DNA from: Candidatus Hydrogenedentota bacterium
Lineage (GTDB): Bacteria; Hydrogenedentota; Hydrogenedentia; Hydrogenedentales; SLHB01
Assembly: GCA_963745075.1 (NCBI GenBank)
Contig: CAVUWV010000036.1
Coordinates: 333,813 to 397,812, forward strand
Direction of reading: 5' to 3'
DNA length: 64,000 nt
Made by a program: the position numbers and the translations under genes. Under the pieces are notes generated by a model, which ran no database searches, was not told the DNA's origin, and saw only the letters and a program-made list of their open reading frames with translations. Numbering within the stretch: position 1 is the first letter of the stretch; each line of letters opens with the position of its first letter. Shown one piece after another: positions 22,558-33,682 of the stretch.

Positions 22558-23322
22558 TTACATTTTCAATTCAATACCCACCGGACAATGATCCGACCCC
22601 ATCACCTGGTCAAGAATAAAAGCCTCTTTAATTCTTTCCATGAAACGATAGCTAACCAGGAAATAATCAATACGCCAGCCCACATTTCGTTCGCGTGCTT
22701 TAAAGCGTTGACTCCAGTATGAATACTGCACTTTATCAGGATAGAAATGACGAAAAGTATCCACGAGGCGGGCAGAAAGAAAATTATTAAATCCGTCAAT
22801 CTCCACCTGGGTGAAACCTGCCGATTTGTTATAATTAGATTTTGGATTCGCCAGATCGATGGGTTCGTGAGCCACGTTCAGGTCACCGGTAAAAACCACC
22901 GGTTTCAGCTCATCCAGTGAATGCAGGTAATCAAGCAGGTCTTTATCCCATGTCTCACGATATTCAAGCCGCTTTAATCCTTGACCGGAATTAGGAACAT
23001 AGACATTCACCAGGTAAAAATCCTCATATTCAAGGGTGATTACCCTTCCCTCCTGATCGTGTTCTTTCTTACCAATATCATAACTGTGACTGATGGGTTT
23101 GTGTTTTGTAAAGATGGCAGTCCCGGAATACCCTTTCTTCTCGGCCGAATTGGCAAATACCTCATAGCCGTCAATCTCAGCAGCGATAGCCTGCATCACC
23201 TCATCCGGCGCCTTGGTTTCCTGTATACACAGTATATCAGGATCCATTTCCCTGACTTTTTCCTCAAATCCTTTCTTTAGCGCTGCACGGATGCCATTTA
23301 CATTCCATGATAATATTTTCAT
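22558..23322 (-). CDS. xth: Exodeoxyribonuclease III
   Basis: SWNVNGIRA, CIQETK, YVPNSG, GDLNVAH, GWRIDYF, GSDHCP. Confidence 0.95.
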   Translation of the reverse strand: MKILSWNVNGIRAALKKGFEEKVREMDPDILCIQETKAPDEVMQAIAAEIDGYEVFANSAEKKGYSGTAIFTKHKPISHSYDIGKKEHDQEGRVITLEYEDFYLVNVYVPNSGQGLKRLEYRETWDKDLLDYLHSLDELKPVVFTGDLNVAHEPIDLANPKSNYNKSAGFTQVEIDGFNNFLSARLVDTFRHFYPDKVQYSYWSQRFKARERNVGWRIDYFLVSYRFMERIKEAFILDQVMGSDHCPVGIELKM

Positions 23323-23389
23323 AAACTCTCTCCCACGTATTTATAACGGTTAAGGATACTAATATAAACATTTTTTTTATTCCGTGGAA

Positions 23390-23690
23390 ACTCAGTTGTT
23401 TATTCGGTAGTGATTCGGTTGATTATTCAATTGTAATTCTGTAGTTTATTCGGTGATTTTTACGGATGAAACGCCATGCTCCTCTGTCACCCTGTTACCT
23501 TGTCACTTTGTCACCTATGACTGCTCGTGATCCTTGCCAACACCGGGCCCTCACAGCCAAGGGCAAGGATTCAGTTGTTTATTCGACAGATGATTCAAGC
23601 GTCTCGCTTGGACCCCATATATTTATTCTGTTGTTTTTATTTTTCCAAATTGTTTCAAACGGTTTCAGGTGGTTTCAAGTTGTTTCAGAG
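23390..23690. repeat. Mosaic intergenic repeat island
   Basis: Same module order as 17320-17670: 12-bp repeats, 8-bp repeats, ATCCTTGCC..GGCAAGGAT hairpin, TCAAGCGTCTCGCTTGGA hairpin, 10-bp repeats. Confidence 0.7.
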
Positions 23691-23730
23691 CGGCGGTGGT
23701 CAATTGATAATTCTGTGGTGATACGTTTGT

Positions 23731-24414
23731 TTAATGATCTACTCTCACACTGATCCCCTCACGCTTCCATACTACCTCAGCTGCTGAATAACTGTACCCG
23801 GCAAAAATACCGTAACCGTTCTTAATATTACTGAATACATTTACCGGCTCCGAATAAAAGTCTTTTTCTGCAATCCGCTGGTTATAGTAAGAAATGGCAT
23901 AGTCATAGTAATTTTCGCTTATGGAGAGCAATTTAATGCGATATATAACGCTGTCTTCATTATAAATGCCGCCGCCTTGTTTCAATCTAAAACTGACTTG
24001 CTGCTTAGGTGACGAAAAAGTCTTGTCAGAAAAAATGAGTTGACTATAATTATTATATAAAGTAGCTTCCACAAATGAATTCGGAGAAAGGATATATTCA
24101 TCAAAATCGGGTACTTCTCTTGTATCATAATAACTAAGCTTATCTACAGACAGCCCGTAAAAATTCTTCTGATCCGGATTATCTTTAAAAAATACAGTAT
24201 ATAAAATTTGCCCGGTAAGTGAATCCTGCAGATAGCTCACGGAAGTTATTTTTACCGGCCGCGGGATTGAATCGCTGGCAGTAACCGGCTCGTGACCGGG
24301 AACAGAAACCGTTAACCGGTAAAGCCCCGGTTGATATTCCGGAGGATTATCTGTTACATAATAGCCAGCAGGTATTCCCTCATGATAGTTATCAAAATAG
24401 GTTGAATGCATCAC
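23731..24414 (-). pseudogene. DUF4249-like protein, 5'-truncated
   Basis: C-terminal EPVNVFSNIKNGYGIFAG and FKDNPDQKNFY; no signal peptide or lipobox. Confidence 0.6.
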
Positions 24415-25352
24415 TGTCCCGAATAACCAGATAAATAGAAGCTGTTCCGTTCATTCAGTTTCCACCTTATTTTCCCGTTCAGGTCAAAAAAATAATACCC
24501 CGCATTATCCCAGGAGGTAAAATGGTTCATGATCGGACCAGCCAGAAAATCCAGGTAGGTTCGGCGGGCCGACAGGATAAAGGTAAGCCTGTCTTTAATA
24601 ACCGGTCCTTCCACCTGTAATTTAGAAGAGATGAGCCCCACCGAGCCCTTTACCGCCAGCTTTTTGCTGTTGCCGTCCTTCATGCGGATATCGGTGACTG
24701 ACGCCAGCCGGCTGTTGTACTGTGCCGGAAAAGCCGAAGTATACAGCTTCACATTTTTGATGGCATCGCTGTTGAAGACCGAGAAAAAACCAAACAGGTG
24801 GTTTGGATTAAACACCTCGGCTCCGTCTACCAGGATCAGGTTGTTATCCGCTTCACCGCCACGCACATACAGGCCTGTGTTTCCTTCGCTTCCCGGCTGT
24901 ACGCCCGGCATCAGTTGCAGGGTTTTCAGGATATCCTGCTCCCCCATCAGTACCGGGAGTTGGCGGGTCATCTTCATGGGGATGTTCAGCATGCCGGGTT
25001 CATGAATGGAATGCATCCTGTTTGGATTCTCACCGGTCACCTTCACCTCTCCTATTTGACTGTTGGACGACAAGAAGATTGAAAGGAGGGTATCTTTCCT
25101 GATTCTCAGGTGCAGAAATTCCGTTTCATATCCGACGTAGGATACCCGGAGGTCGTGCATATCTCCTGAAAGAGAGAGACTAAAAAAACCATAGTCATTT
25201 GTAATTGTACCGGTCTCCCCGTCCGCCAAAACCGTGGCACCAATCAGTTTTTCCCCGGAGGCAGTATCCTGAACGTATCCGGAGACAACGATCTGCTGTG
25301 CCTGCAGGGATACAGTCCATAATAACAAACCGGCAAAAATCCATAATCTCAT
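24411..25352 (-). pseudogene. TonB-dependent receptor, 3'-truncated
   Basis: Signal peptide, carboxypeptidase-regulatory-like domain and plug (LQLMPGV, YVRGG, NHLFGFFSVFN); stops at 313 aa at the start of the barrel. Confidence 0.75.
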
Positions 25353-25489
25353 GACATCGCATTAAAATATCATTTGAAAAGCATATTTAATCCCTTCTTA
25401 CGTTCGGGTAATTACAAATATAGGGAATTTATAGTTACAGCCAAGTTGAGATTTGGGTGATAAGCTGACAAACTCCGTTTTTGATCTAA

Positions 25490-25849
25490 TTACTGCTTCT
25501 CATGTCCGATAATTTCTTTATTATCTAACTCAATCAGATCATAAAACCTGAATAAGTCAGCAATAGTCTTAAAATAATTATCAAATAACTGGATAAGAGC
25601 TTTGTTTACAATATTTCCCGTCGTGACAAGAAGTAATTTTGCAGGAATTCCATTTATTAAATGTGAATCCAGAAAATCAGAATCTTTGGTTATAATAATT
25701 CGATCTTCTTTGATGGATATGTTTCTAATCTCATTATCTTTTGTCCTCTCCTTATCTGGCAGATCATCCGTATGAATAACATCATACCCTTTATCTTTAA
25801 GGGAAATGGTTAATTTATAAGGTAGATTAGCATCCATCAGAAATTTCAT
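25490..25849 (-). CDS. DUF5615 PIN-like putative toxin
   Basis: MKFLMDANLP...IIITKDSDF. Confidence 0.88.
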   Translation of the reverse strand: MKFLMDANLPYKLTISLKDKGYDVIHTDDLPDKERTKDNEIRNISIKEDRIIITKDSDFLDSHLINGIPAKLLLVTTGNIVNKALIQLFDNYFKTIADLFRFYDLIELDNKEIIGHEKQ

Positions 25850-26082
25850 GCGACAATCCTGTGTATTGTTTTTACTTTAGATAATTGTGAAGCAAATGCT
25901 AAACAAGCCCTAATATCATCAATTTCAAGTGCCGGATAATCTTCAATGATTTCAGCTTCACTCATACCAGCAGATAATAAATCCAAGATTAAATCAACCG
26001 TATATCTTGTATTACGCAGGGTTGGTCTCCCATTACAAATCTCCGGGTTAATAGTTATTCTGCCTAATAGATCCTTTTTCAT
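25846..26082 (-). CDS. DUF433 putative antitoxin
   Basis: RITINPEICNGRPTLRNTRYTV...IIEDYPALEIDDIRACL; ATG at 26082 with TATATTTG at 26092-26099. Confidence 0.88.
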   Translation of the reverse strand: MKKDLLGRITINPEICNGRPTLRNTRYTVDLILDLLSAGMSEAEIIEDYPALEIDDIRACLAFASQLSKVKTIHRIVA

Positions 26083-26209
26083 GTTTTTTCTCAAATATAC
26101 AAAAAAATATCCTCACATATGATCCCAACATTATTGAAACTGTTGATAACCTTTCAGATGCCAAACAGATATAAACAGGTGCTAAAGATAATCCATTCAG
26201 CAACCCAAC

Positions 26210-26440
26210 TGGCACGGACGTCCTCGTCCGTGCCTACCATGCCCACTAACTATAGTCTAAAGCATGAAAGCCACGGACAACATGTCCGCGGCAGGTGGTT
26301 ATATTTTTAGCAACACCATGGATTATGCCGGAGAAACTGGTATTTAGAAGATGTTACTGTAGCTAAATAACGCCACACGAGGGGACTCGTGCGGAAGCAG
26401 GGACAGCAGAGGAACTCGTGCGGAAGCGGGGACAGCTTCA
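26210..26440. repeat. REP-like hairpin cluster
   Basis: GGCACGGACGTCCTCGTCCGTGCC; AAGCATGAAAGCCACGGACAACATGTCCGCGGCAGGTGG (near-identical copy at ~36871); two ACTCGTGCGGAAGC repeats. Confidence 0.7.
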
Positions 26441-26453
26441 CCAAAAACTACCT

Positions 26454-27182
26454 CTACAAAAAATTACGGTTCAGAAAATCCTGGAACCGGGCTTTGTACT
26501 GATCACTGACGGGAATGTATTTTTTACCGAAAACAACATGACTTCTTTCCACGGTCTCAACCTTATCCAGGTTGACAATATACGACCGGTGAACGCGCAT
26601 AAAGTGCTCTGCTGGTAGCTTTTCTTCCAGTGATTTAACAGAATTAAGCGACAACACCGGCTTCGTCTCATCTTGCAGGTAAACCTTCACATAGTCTTTC
26701 ATCCCTTCGATATAAAGGATTTCATGAAAATTGATACGCCGGATCTTGTACTCTGATTTGAGAAACAAAAATTCATTGTTGGCCTCCAGTGAAGGATAGG
26801 CCTGTTCTTCGAGTTCAATAAGGTGCTTTGCTTTGTTTACAGCCGTTAGAAATTCCTGGTAACTGAAGGGCTTCAGCAAATAGTCGATGGCATTCAGTCT
26901 GAATCCTTCTACAGCATATTTCTCATAAGCAGTGGTAAAAATAATCTTTGTGCCCGGCTGCAGGGTTTTGGCAAAATCAACCCCGGACAGGTCAGGCATT
27001 TGCACATCGAGCAAGATCAGGTCCACTTTACTGTCTGAGAGAAAATCCACCGCGTCAAGTGGATTATCAAAAGCACCGGCCAATTCCAGATAAGGAGTTT
27101 TTGCAACATAGTCGGACACGAGTTTAAGCGCCAGCGGCTCATCATCCAGGGCGATGGTCCGTATTTTTTTTGCAGCACTCAT
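26454..27182 (-). CDS. LytTR family response regulator
   Basis: LDDEPLA, LDVQMP, FTTAY, YLLKP, FMRVHRSYIVN. Confidence 0.95.
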   Translation of the reverse strand: MSAAKKIRTIALDDEPLALKLVSDYVAKTPYLELAGAFDNPLDAVDFLSDSKVDLILLDVQMPDLSGVDFAKTLQPGTKIIFTTAYEKYAVEGFRLNAIDYLLKPFSYQEFLTAVNKAKHLIELEEQAYPSLEANNEFLFLKSEYKIRRINFHEILYIEGMKDYVKVYLQDETKPVLSLNSVKSLEEKLPAEHFMRVHRSYIVNLDKVETVERSHVVFGKKYIPVSDQYKARFQDFLNRNFL

Positions 27183-28262
27183 GTTGTTTCCAGTTTAAGT
27201 CTCGCGAGGAATTCACCAGCCTGTTCTTCAACCTGCAGCTTATGTCTGTCAGGATAAAGCAACCGCAGCCTTTTCTTCACATTCTCAAGTCCGATGCCTC
27301 CTTGTTTATCTTTGTTCTGAAGCTCCTGCTTTGTCATGCTGTTTTGCACTTCAAACAATATCTCAGTATTTTTCACTTCCATCCGTATCCTGATAAACGA
27401 CCTTTCCCTGTAACTCACACCATGCTTGAAGGCATTTTCCACAAAAGGAACGAACAACAGGGGCGGGACCATCAACTCGTCACAATCTTTGGGCAGAGAC
27501 ACCTCCAGCTTCACTTTATCGCTTAGCCTCAGCTTCATCAGGTCGATGTAGTGATGCAGGAAAGCCACCTCATCACTTAACCTCGATCGTCCCTGGTCCG
27601 ATTCATACAACAGGTAACGCATCAGTTTGGAAAGCTTGAGAACAGCTTCCTGTGCTTCTTCACTGTCAATGCCGATCAGGGAGTAAATATTGTTCAGGGT
27701 ATTGAAAAAGAAATGCGGGCTGATCTGGTTTTTCAGGAAGGCCAGCTCTGAATTCAGCTTTTCTTTTCTCCAGCTCTTTTCGCTCTTTTTCATTCTGTGC
27801 CAGTCGTTGCATCACCCCCAGTCCAAGCGAAAAACCTACAATAAGTACAGAAGTATAGAAATACCCCATCAGTCTGAACTGTTTGATAGGCGGTTTTACA
27901 AGGTTTTTGCCCTTATTGAGTTCCTGCATTACCTTTTCAAACTGCTGATCCCGAACCTTATCAAAAAACACATTCTCATTCAGGTACCAGAGGATAAGAC
28001 AAACAAAGAGAATAATTGCAGTGGTAATCAGGAAATACCAAATTTTGTTGTCCCTGAAAAAATAACGTGGCACCAGCCAGAGGTAATTAAAGTAAAACAA
28101 AGAACCGTAAACCGCAGTATTGAAATAAAACTGATTCAGAAAATGATCGCTTCTGTTCCCGTAACTTGTCATCAGGTAATGAGGCAGAATCACGATGATC
28201 GTCCATGCCAGCAAATGCAATAGTAGGGTTAAACGTCGGTTTGAATGAAATCTGATTCTCAT
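27179..28262 (-). CDS. LytS/YehU-type sensor histidine kinase, split by a +1 frameshift near 27764-27767
   Basis: TM N-terminal ORF plus catalytic ORF (LKNQISPHFFFNTLNNIY, FVENAFKHG, GGIGLENV). Removing one A gives ELEKEKLNSEL. Confidence 0.88.
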
Positions 28263-28396
28263 TTTCTTTTGCTTTGATCTTTCAAAGATAATATTTTGTT
28301 GCGGTATGTTTGGGTGCTAATTTATTTACGGGTTATGGATGGTATTTTGGCTCATTCTATTCAGCTCAGGTGGTAAAGACAACTCATGAGTTGTCT

Positions 28397-29686
28397 CTAC
28401 GGTCTCACTTCTTCCATCTTACGTCTCCTGACTCTTCTGTCTTCTGTCTTCAAACTTCCTCCTCCCCATTCATACCTCAGCGCATCAATAGGGTTCAGTC
28501 CTGCGGCTTTTCTTGCAGGATACCAGCCAAAGAAGATGCCGATAGCCGAACATACCAAAAAGGCAAATACAACCGAGGAAGTCATAATTACCACCGGCCA
28601 GTTCATAATAGAGGCGATGATCCAGGTAGCAGCTGAACCCAGCAGGATCCCGATCACACCACCCATCACACTCAGCATCAATGATTCTATCAGAAACTGC
28701 ATCAGAATGTCATTTCCTTTTCCCCCTACTGACATTCGGAGGCCAATTTCACGCGTACGTTCAGTTACCGATACATACATGATATTCATAATTCCAATAC
28801 CGCCAACCAGCAGCGAGATTCCTGCAATTGCCCCCAGGAGTGCTGTCAGCACATCGCTGATTGAAGAGAAGGTTTGTACCAGCTCTGATTGCGACATAAC
28901 CCTGAAATCATCTTCCTCGCCGGGTTTGATCTTATGTGTCTGCCGAAGGGTTTGTGTAATCTCGTCAATAGCCTTTTCATTTAACTTTTCCGAAGCAGCT
29001 GATGCGTAGATCCCCTGAATATGTGTTATGGCCAATATACGTTTTTGTATAGCAGTATAAGGGGCAATCAGCAGGTCATCCTGGTCCTGTCCCATTCCGT
29101 TCTCCCCTTTGGGTTCCAGCACACCAATCACTTTAAAAGGGATATTATTGAAACGAATGGTTTGTCCCAGCGGATCCAGACCATTTTGAAACAAGTTATT
29201 CTCTACCGTCTTTCCAATCAGGCAAACCTTTGCAAAGGTCTGTACCTCCCGGTCGGTAAATATACGGCCTTCCTCAAGGTCATATTTCCTTATTCCCAGA
29301 TAATTCTGACTGACACCATAGACTGTAGTCGGCCAGTTCTGGTTGCCAAAAACTGCCTGCCCGGAAGCCCTGACCTGCGGAGAGACCTCACTGATCGACG
29401 GACATTCTTTCCGGATAGCCTCCACATCTTCCATGGTCATGGTTTGGGTACTGCTGTTCCCCAGCCTTACACCACCCCTTTGCTGGGAACCGGGAATAGC
29501 AAAGATCAGGTTGGTTCCCATGCCAGACATCTGATCCTGGATACTTTTTTTGGAACCCTGCCCGATAGCCAGCATAGCTATCACTGACCCAACCCCTATA
29601 ATTATGCCCAGCATAGTGAGAAATGCCCTGAACTTATTTCGCTTCAGCGCCTTCACTGCTATTCTTACTATATTTGAATAATTCAT
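28397..29686 (-). CDS. MacB-type ABC permease
   Basis: LTMLGIIIGVGSVI, VGGIGIMNIMYVSVTERTREIGLR, PIDALRYE. Confidence 0.93.
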   Translation of the reverse strand: MNYSNIVRIAVKALKRNKFRAFLTMLGIIIGVGSVIAMLAIGQGSKKSIQDQMSGMGTNLIFAIPGSQQRGGVRLGNSSTQTMTMEDVEAIRKECPSISEVSPQVRASGQAVFGNQNWPTTVYGVSQNYLGIRKYDLEEGRIFTDREVQTFAKVCLIGKTVENNLFQNGLDPLGQTIRFNNIPFKVIGVLEPKGENGMGQDQDDLLIAPYTAIQKRILAITHIQGIYASAASEKLNEKAIDEITQTLRQTHKIKPGEEDDFRVMSQSELVQTFSSISDVLTALLGAIAGISLLVGGIGIMNIMYVSVTERTREIGLRMSVGGKGNDILMQFLIESLMLSVMGGVIGILLGSAATWIIASIMNWPVVIMTSSVVFAFLVCSAIGIFFGWYPARKAAGLNPIDALRYEWGGGSLKTEDRRVRRRKMEEVRP

Positions 29687-29951
29687 TTTAATTTTATTTT
29701 ATGGTCCTGGATTATATTCTCAACAAAAAATTCCGATCTAAAAATAATATCAAAAATTTATCGGAATAAGCAATCCAACCCGCAGCCCCTGTATCCCCTG
29801 AAGTGGATCTTGCACACCATTACAAACCAACATATTATAATAAGGTTGAGCGATGGCCCCCCTGCCTGTACTGCGTTCGGCAGGCAGGCCTTTGGGCAGG
29901 GGGCTAAGCGATGGGATAAATGCTTTATGAATATAATACATACTTCGAATT

Positions 29952-30716
29952 TTACAATTGATCTTCCTCTACCGGCAAGGCTCTAAGTACCCCGGCAGCA
30001 TTGATTCTTTCTTTTACTTTTTCCTCACGAACGATATGTCCGTCACGAAACAACACGTTACGAGTTGTACAGCGGGCAATATCCGGTTCGTGGGTTACAA
30101 ATACGATGGTTTTGCCCTGTTCGTTAAGTTCCTGAAACAATGCCATAATCTCGTAAGAAGTGCGCGTATCCAGGTTACCGGTAGCCTCATCAGCCAGGAT
30201 CACCACCGGGTCGTTCACCAGTGAACGGGCAATGGCCACCCGTTGCTGTTGTCCTCCCGACAGCTGATTGGGCATGTGATCCATCCTGTCTTCAAGACCA
30301 ACGGACTTTAATGCTTTAACAGCCCGCTCCCGTCTTTCCCTGGTTTTAACCCCGGGATTATAGAAAAGAGGCAGCTCTACATTTTCCAGTGCTGATGTTC
30401 GCGGTAACAGGTTATAAGACTGAAACACGAATCCCAGTTTGTTATTTCGTAATTCGGCCAGTTCATTCTTACTCAATCCGTTTATTCTTACTCCATCGAG
30501 CTCATAACTTCCCGAAGTAGGCTTATCCAGGCAACCCAGTATGTTGAGCATGGTTGATTTGCCGGAACCACTGGTACCCATTATGGCTACAAACTCTCCC
30601 TCCCTGATCTCCAGATTAATCCCTTTCAGGGCGTGAACCGTGATCTCTCCAACATGAAAATCCTTTTTCAGGTCGTTTACTTCAATTAGTGTTTTTGTAT
30701 CAGACATGGTATTCAT
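29952..30716 (-). CDS. ABC ATP-binding protein (MacB/LolD-like)
   Basis: [32 protein letters not shown]. Confidence 0.95.
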   Translation of the reverse strand: MNTMSDTKTLIEVNDLKKDFHVGEITVHALKGINLEIREGEFVAIMGTSGSGKSTMLNILGCLDKPTSGSYELDGVRINGLSKNELAELRNNKLGFVFQSYNLLPRTSALENVELPLFYNPGVKTRERRERAVKALKSVGLEDRMDHMPNQLSGGQQQRVAIARSLVNDPVVILADEATGNLDTRTSYEIMALFQELNEQGKTIVFVTHEPDIARCTTRNVLFRDGHIVREEKVKERINAAGVLRALPVEEDQL

Positions 30717-31927
30717 TATTTACGGTTACTTCCAGGACGTTGTGGCATAAAAGGACTCCGTGCTTCAGTTTTAGCAGCAACAGCTGATGTTGAGCTATTC
30801 ATGGCAACCACTATTTCGTCTCCTGCTTTCAGCCCTGAGATCACCTCATAATCCATTTCATTTGTTTCTCCCAGCACTACTCTTTGTGGTTCGATCACAT
30901 TTCCGTTCTTCACCCAGATCATTTTTCCCTGTGTATTCTGACCTTCCTTTTGAATGGACGGCATTTTAATTGTTATCCCGGGATGCGTTTCCTGATATGT
31001 TTTCATAAGTTGCTGATCCGGTTTAAAATACAGTGCCTTTGCCGGCAACAATACAATATTATTTTTCTCCATCACATAAAAAGATACGTTGGCAGTCATG
31101 CCCGGCATCAGTTTCTTTTTCGGATTGGGAGCATCAATTATTACAGTATATGTAACTACATTGGAACTTACCACAGGCTGCATCCTGATCTGAGTAACTT
31201 TTCCGTCAAACTTCATATCCGGGTAGGCATCTACAGTAAATTCCACCCGTTGCCCCAGTCTTACTCTTCCTATATCAGCTTCATCCACACTGGCTTCCAC
31301 CTGCATTTGTGTCAGGTCGTTAGCAATAGTGAATAGGGTAGGTGTATTAAAGCTGGCGGCAACAGTCTGTCCTTCATCCACAGCCCTGTCCAGAATCACA
31401 CCGTCAATCGGGGAATAGATAGTGGCATAGGACAGGTTGATCTTATTACGATCGTACACCGAGCGTGCCTGATTGAGAGAAGCTACAGCCTTGTCGTAAT
31501 TATAAACGACCTGGTCATAATCCGCCTGAGCAATCAGTTTTTTAGCCATGAGCGCCTGGTAACGTTCGTAGGTAGATTTCTGGTACTTCACTTCTGCCTC
31601 AGCCTGGTCGACAGATGCCTTGCTTTGCTCCAGCTGTGCGATCAGAGGTGTCTCATCAATCCTTGCCAGCAGCTGGCCTTTCTTTACCTGCGAATTATAA
31701 TCCACATAAATCTTTTTGATCACCCCGGAGACCTGGGTGCCAACCTCAACAGTCTCCAGCGCCTGCAGGGTTCCGGTAGCGGTGATCAAATCACTCAGGT
31801 TTCCCAGTTTGATTTTTTGCGTTTCCATCGTTACCACTCCCCTGGGCTTCCCAAAAGACCGGAGTAAAATCAATGCACCGGCAATAACTACTATACCGAT
31901 AATGACATATAAAGCTTTCTTTTTCAT
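30716..31927 (-). CDS. MacA-like periplasmic adaptor (membrane fusion protein)
   Basis: VGTQVSG, VKKGQLLARID, IYSPIDG, VDEADIG, LMPGMTA. Confidence 0.93.
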   Translation of the reverse strand: MKKKALYVIIGIVVIAGALILLRSFGKPRGVVTMETQKIKLGNLSDLITATGTLQALETVEVGTQVSGVIKKIYVDYNSQVKKGQLLARIDETPLIAQLEQSKASVDQAEAEVKYQKSTYERYQALMAKKLIAQADYDQVVYNYDKAVASLNQARSVYDRNKINLSYATIYSPIDGVILDRAVDEGQTVAASFNTPTLFTIANDLTQMQVEASVDEADIGRVRLGQRVEFTVDAYPDMKFDGKVTQIRMQPVVSSNVVTYTVIIDAPNPKKKLMPGMTANVSFYVMEKNNIVLLPAKALYFKPDQQLMKTYQETHPGITIKMPSIQKEGQNTQGKMIWVKNGNVIEPQRVVLGETNEMDYEVISGLKAGDEIVVAMNSSTSAVAAKTEARSPFMPQRPGSNRK

Positions 31928-31969
31928 TTGTTTATATTTTAATATTCAATTGTCAGATTTATTATTTTA

Positions 31970-32348
31970 TATGACTATCGGGAATCATGTATAAAGCTAA
32001 TATCTATTTAAAATATTGCAAGAAAAAGCATGCTTACGCTGCCCCCTCCCCCCTAAAAGGGGGCTCACACACGGTTTACCAATTTCAAATTTAGTATTAA
32101 TATGTGCGCTGGCTCCCCTTCAGGGGTACTGAGCGAAGCGATCTCACGACCAGCATGTGCCTGAGCTAGTGCGAGGGAGTAACTTAGCGAAGCGATCTCA
32201 CGACCAGCATGTGCGAGGGAGTAACTTAGCGAAGCGATCTCACGACCAGCATGTGCCTGAGCTAGTGCGAGGGAGTAACCAGGGGCTGAGCGAAAGCATT
32301 GTAAAATCTGATTCATTTTAAATTTATTAATCATTCCCGATAGTCATA
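31970..32348. mobile_element. MITE copy 1 with a nested tandem-repeat insert
   Basis: TIRs TATGACTATCGGGAAT / ATTCCCGATAGTCATA; 8-bp flanking duplication TTATTTTA; homologous to 50966-51224. Confidence 0.85.
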
Positions 32349-32353
32349 TTATT

Positions 32354-33682
32354 TTATAATGTCAACGAAACTCCTTTGTAGAAATCAAGTATTTTATAAC
32401 TAAAGATCAGGTTGTATTTTGACTGCAGCAATTTGCTCTCTGCCGTTATCAGATTGGTGCGTTCAAAAAGGTAATCGACCGAGTTGATCAGTCCAACATT
32501 GAATTTTTCTTCAGCCACCTTGTTCGATTCCTCAAGAGCATAATATTGTTCCAGGCTTGCATTGTATTCTGTCTGGGCCGATGTTACATCAACAACCGCC
32601 TGCTCCACAGCTTTTCGGAGCTGGTTTTTGGTATCAGTAGTGGCCAGCTCAGCATCCTTTACTCCTATTTGAGCCAGTCCGACACTTGTACGAGCCTGTT
32701 TATTCTGAAAAACAGGAACAGACAGGGTAATTCCAACTGATGGGCTCACCTGGTTCTTAAGCTGTGTGGTATAATCGAAGCCACCAGGAACACTGGAATA
32801 ATTGGTACCAACACCAGCGCTTAAAGAGAGATCTGGTATCATTCCGGCTTTGGCTATCTTTTCCTGCATGATGGCCACCTGCTTGTCAGTTTCAGCTTTC
32901 TTTATCTGTGGTTTGATATCCAGTGCCTGTGCATAGATAGTACCGGCATCCGGATTACGGTCCTCAATGAGTAATGAATCAAGATTGGGTGAAGCGATGG
33001 CAAAAGAATCCGTAACCGGAAGTTCCATAAGTTGCTGAAGGCTTACCCGGGCTACTGCAAGCTGACTGTTAGCATTGGCCAGTGTAAGTTTTTCGCCGGC
33101 CAGTTCTGATTTGATCTGCAGATAGTCCGACTGCGAGATCATACTCAGGTCGAGGCGTTCTTTGGCCAGGACCAGTTGCTCTTTGGTAGCATCAATCTGC
33201 TTTTGCGCATTGCTTACGCTCTCCTGTGCATAAAGTACCTGCAGGTATGCATTCAGGATATCCAGTTCAACCGACTCCCTGATCGTTTCTGTGTTATAGT
33301 TACTGCTTTGCAGGTTCAGTTCATTCTGTTTTAGCTGATTGTTAAGCCTGAAACCATTAAACAGGGTCATATTTGAGCTTAGTGAATAACTGGTGTTGTT
33401 AGAGCCTGTCATTGACCCGTAATTACCCGTTTGATTGTCAATTCCCTTATCCCAGACAAAATTCTGCCGGACAGCTCCGGTGAGGGAAGGGAGCCGGGCT
33501 GCTCTTGCCTGTTCAATATACAACTGATCACGGTCACCCGAAAGGCCGGCCTGCTGTACCTGGATGTTCTTACTCAGTGCATAATTGATACAATCATCCA
33601 GGGTCCAGGTTTTTTCCTGAGCTTTGCTACCAGCAGCCAGCGCCAGAAATACAAAGGTTGTCAATAAAATTTTTGTTCGCAT
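32354..33682 (-). CDS. TolC-family outer membrane efflux protein
   Basis: Signal peptide, WTLDDCINYAL, ARLPSL, TolC helical repeats; first gene of the exporter cluster. Confidence 0.9.
   Translation of the reverse strand: MRTKILLTTFVFLALAAGSKAQEKTWTLDDCINYALSKNIQVQQAGLSGDRDQLYIEQARAARLPSLTGAVRQNFVWDKGIDNQTGNYGSMTGSNNTSYSLSSNMTLFNGFRLNNQLKQNELNLQSSNYNTETIRESVELDILNAYLQVLYAQESVSNAQKQIDATKEQLVLAKERLDLSMISQSDYLQIKSELAGEKLTLANANSQLAVARVSLQQLMELPVTDSFAIASPNLDSLLIEDRNPDAGTIYAQALDIKPQIKKAETDKQVAIMQEKIAKAGMIPDLSLSAGVGTNYSSVPGGFDYTTQLKNQVSPSVGITLSVPVFQNKQARTSVGLAQIGVKDAELATTDTKNQLRKAVEQAVVDVTSAQTEYNASLEQYYALEESNKVAEEKFNVGLINSVDYLFERTNLITAESKLLQSKYNLIFSYKILDFYKGVSLTL

Noticed and set aside
32127..32280. 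CRISPR array
   Set aside because: The units are repeats of each other with no unique spacers, lie inside a MITE, and no cas genes are present.
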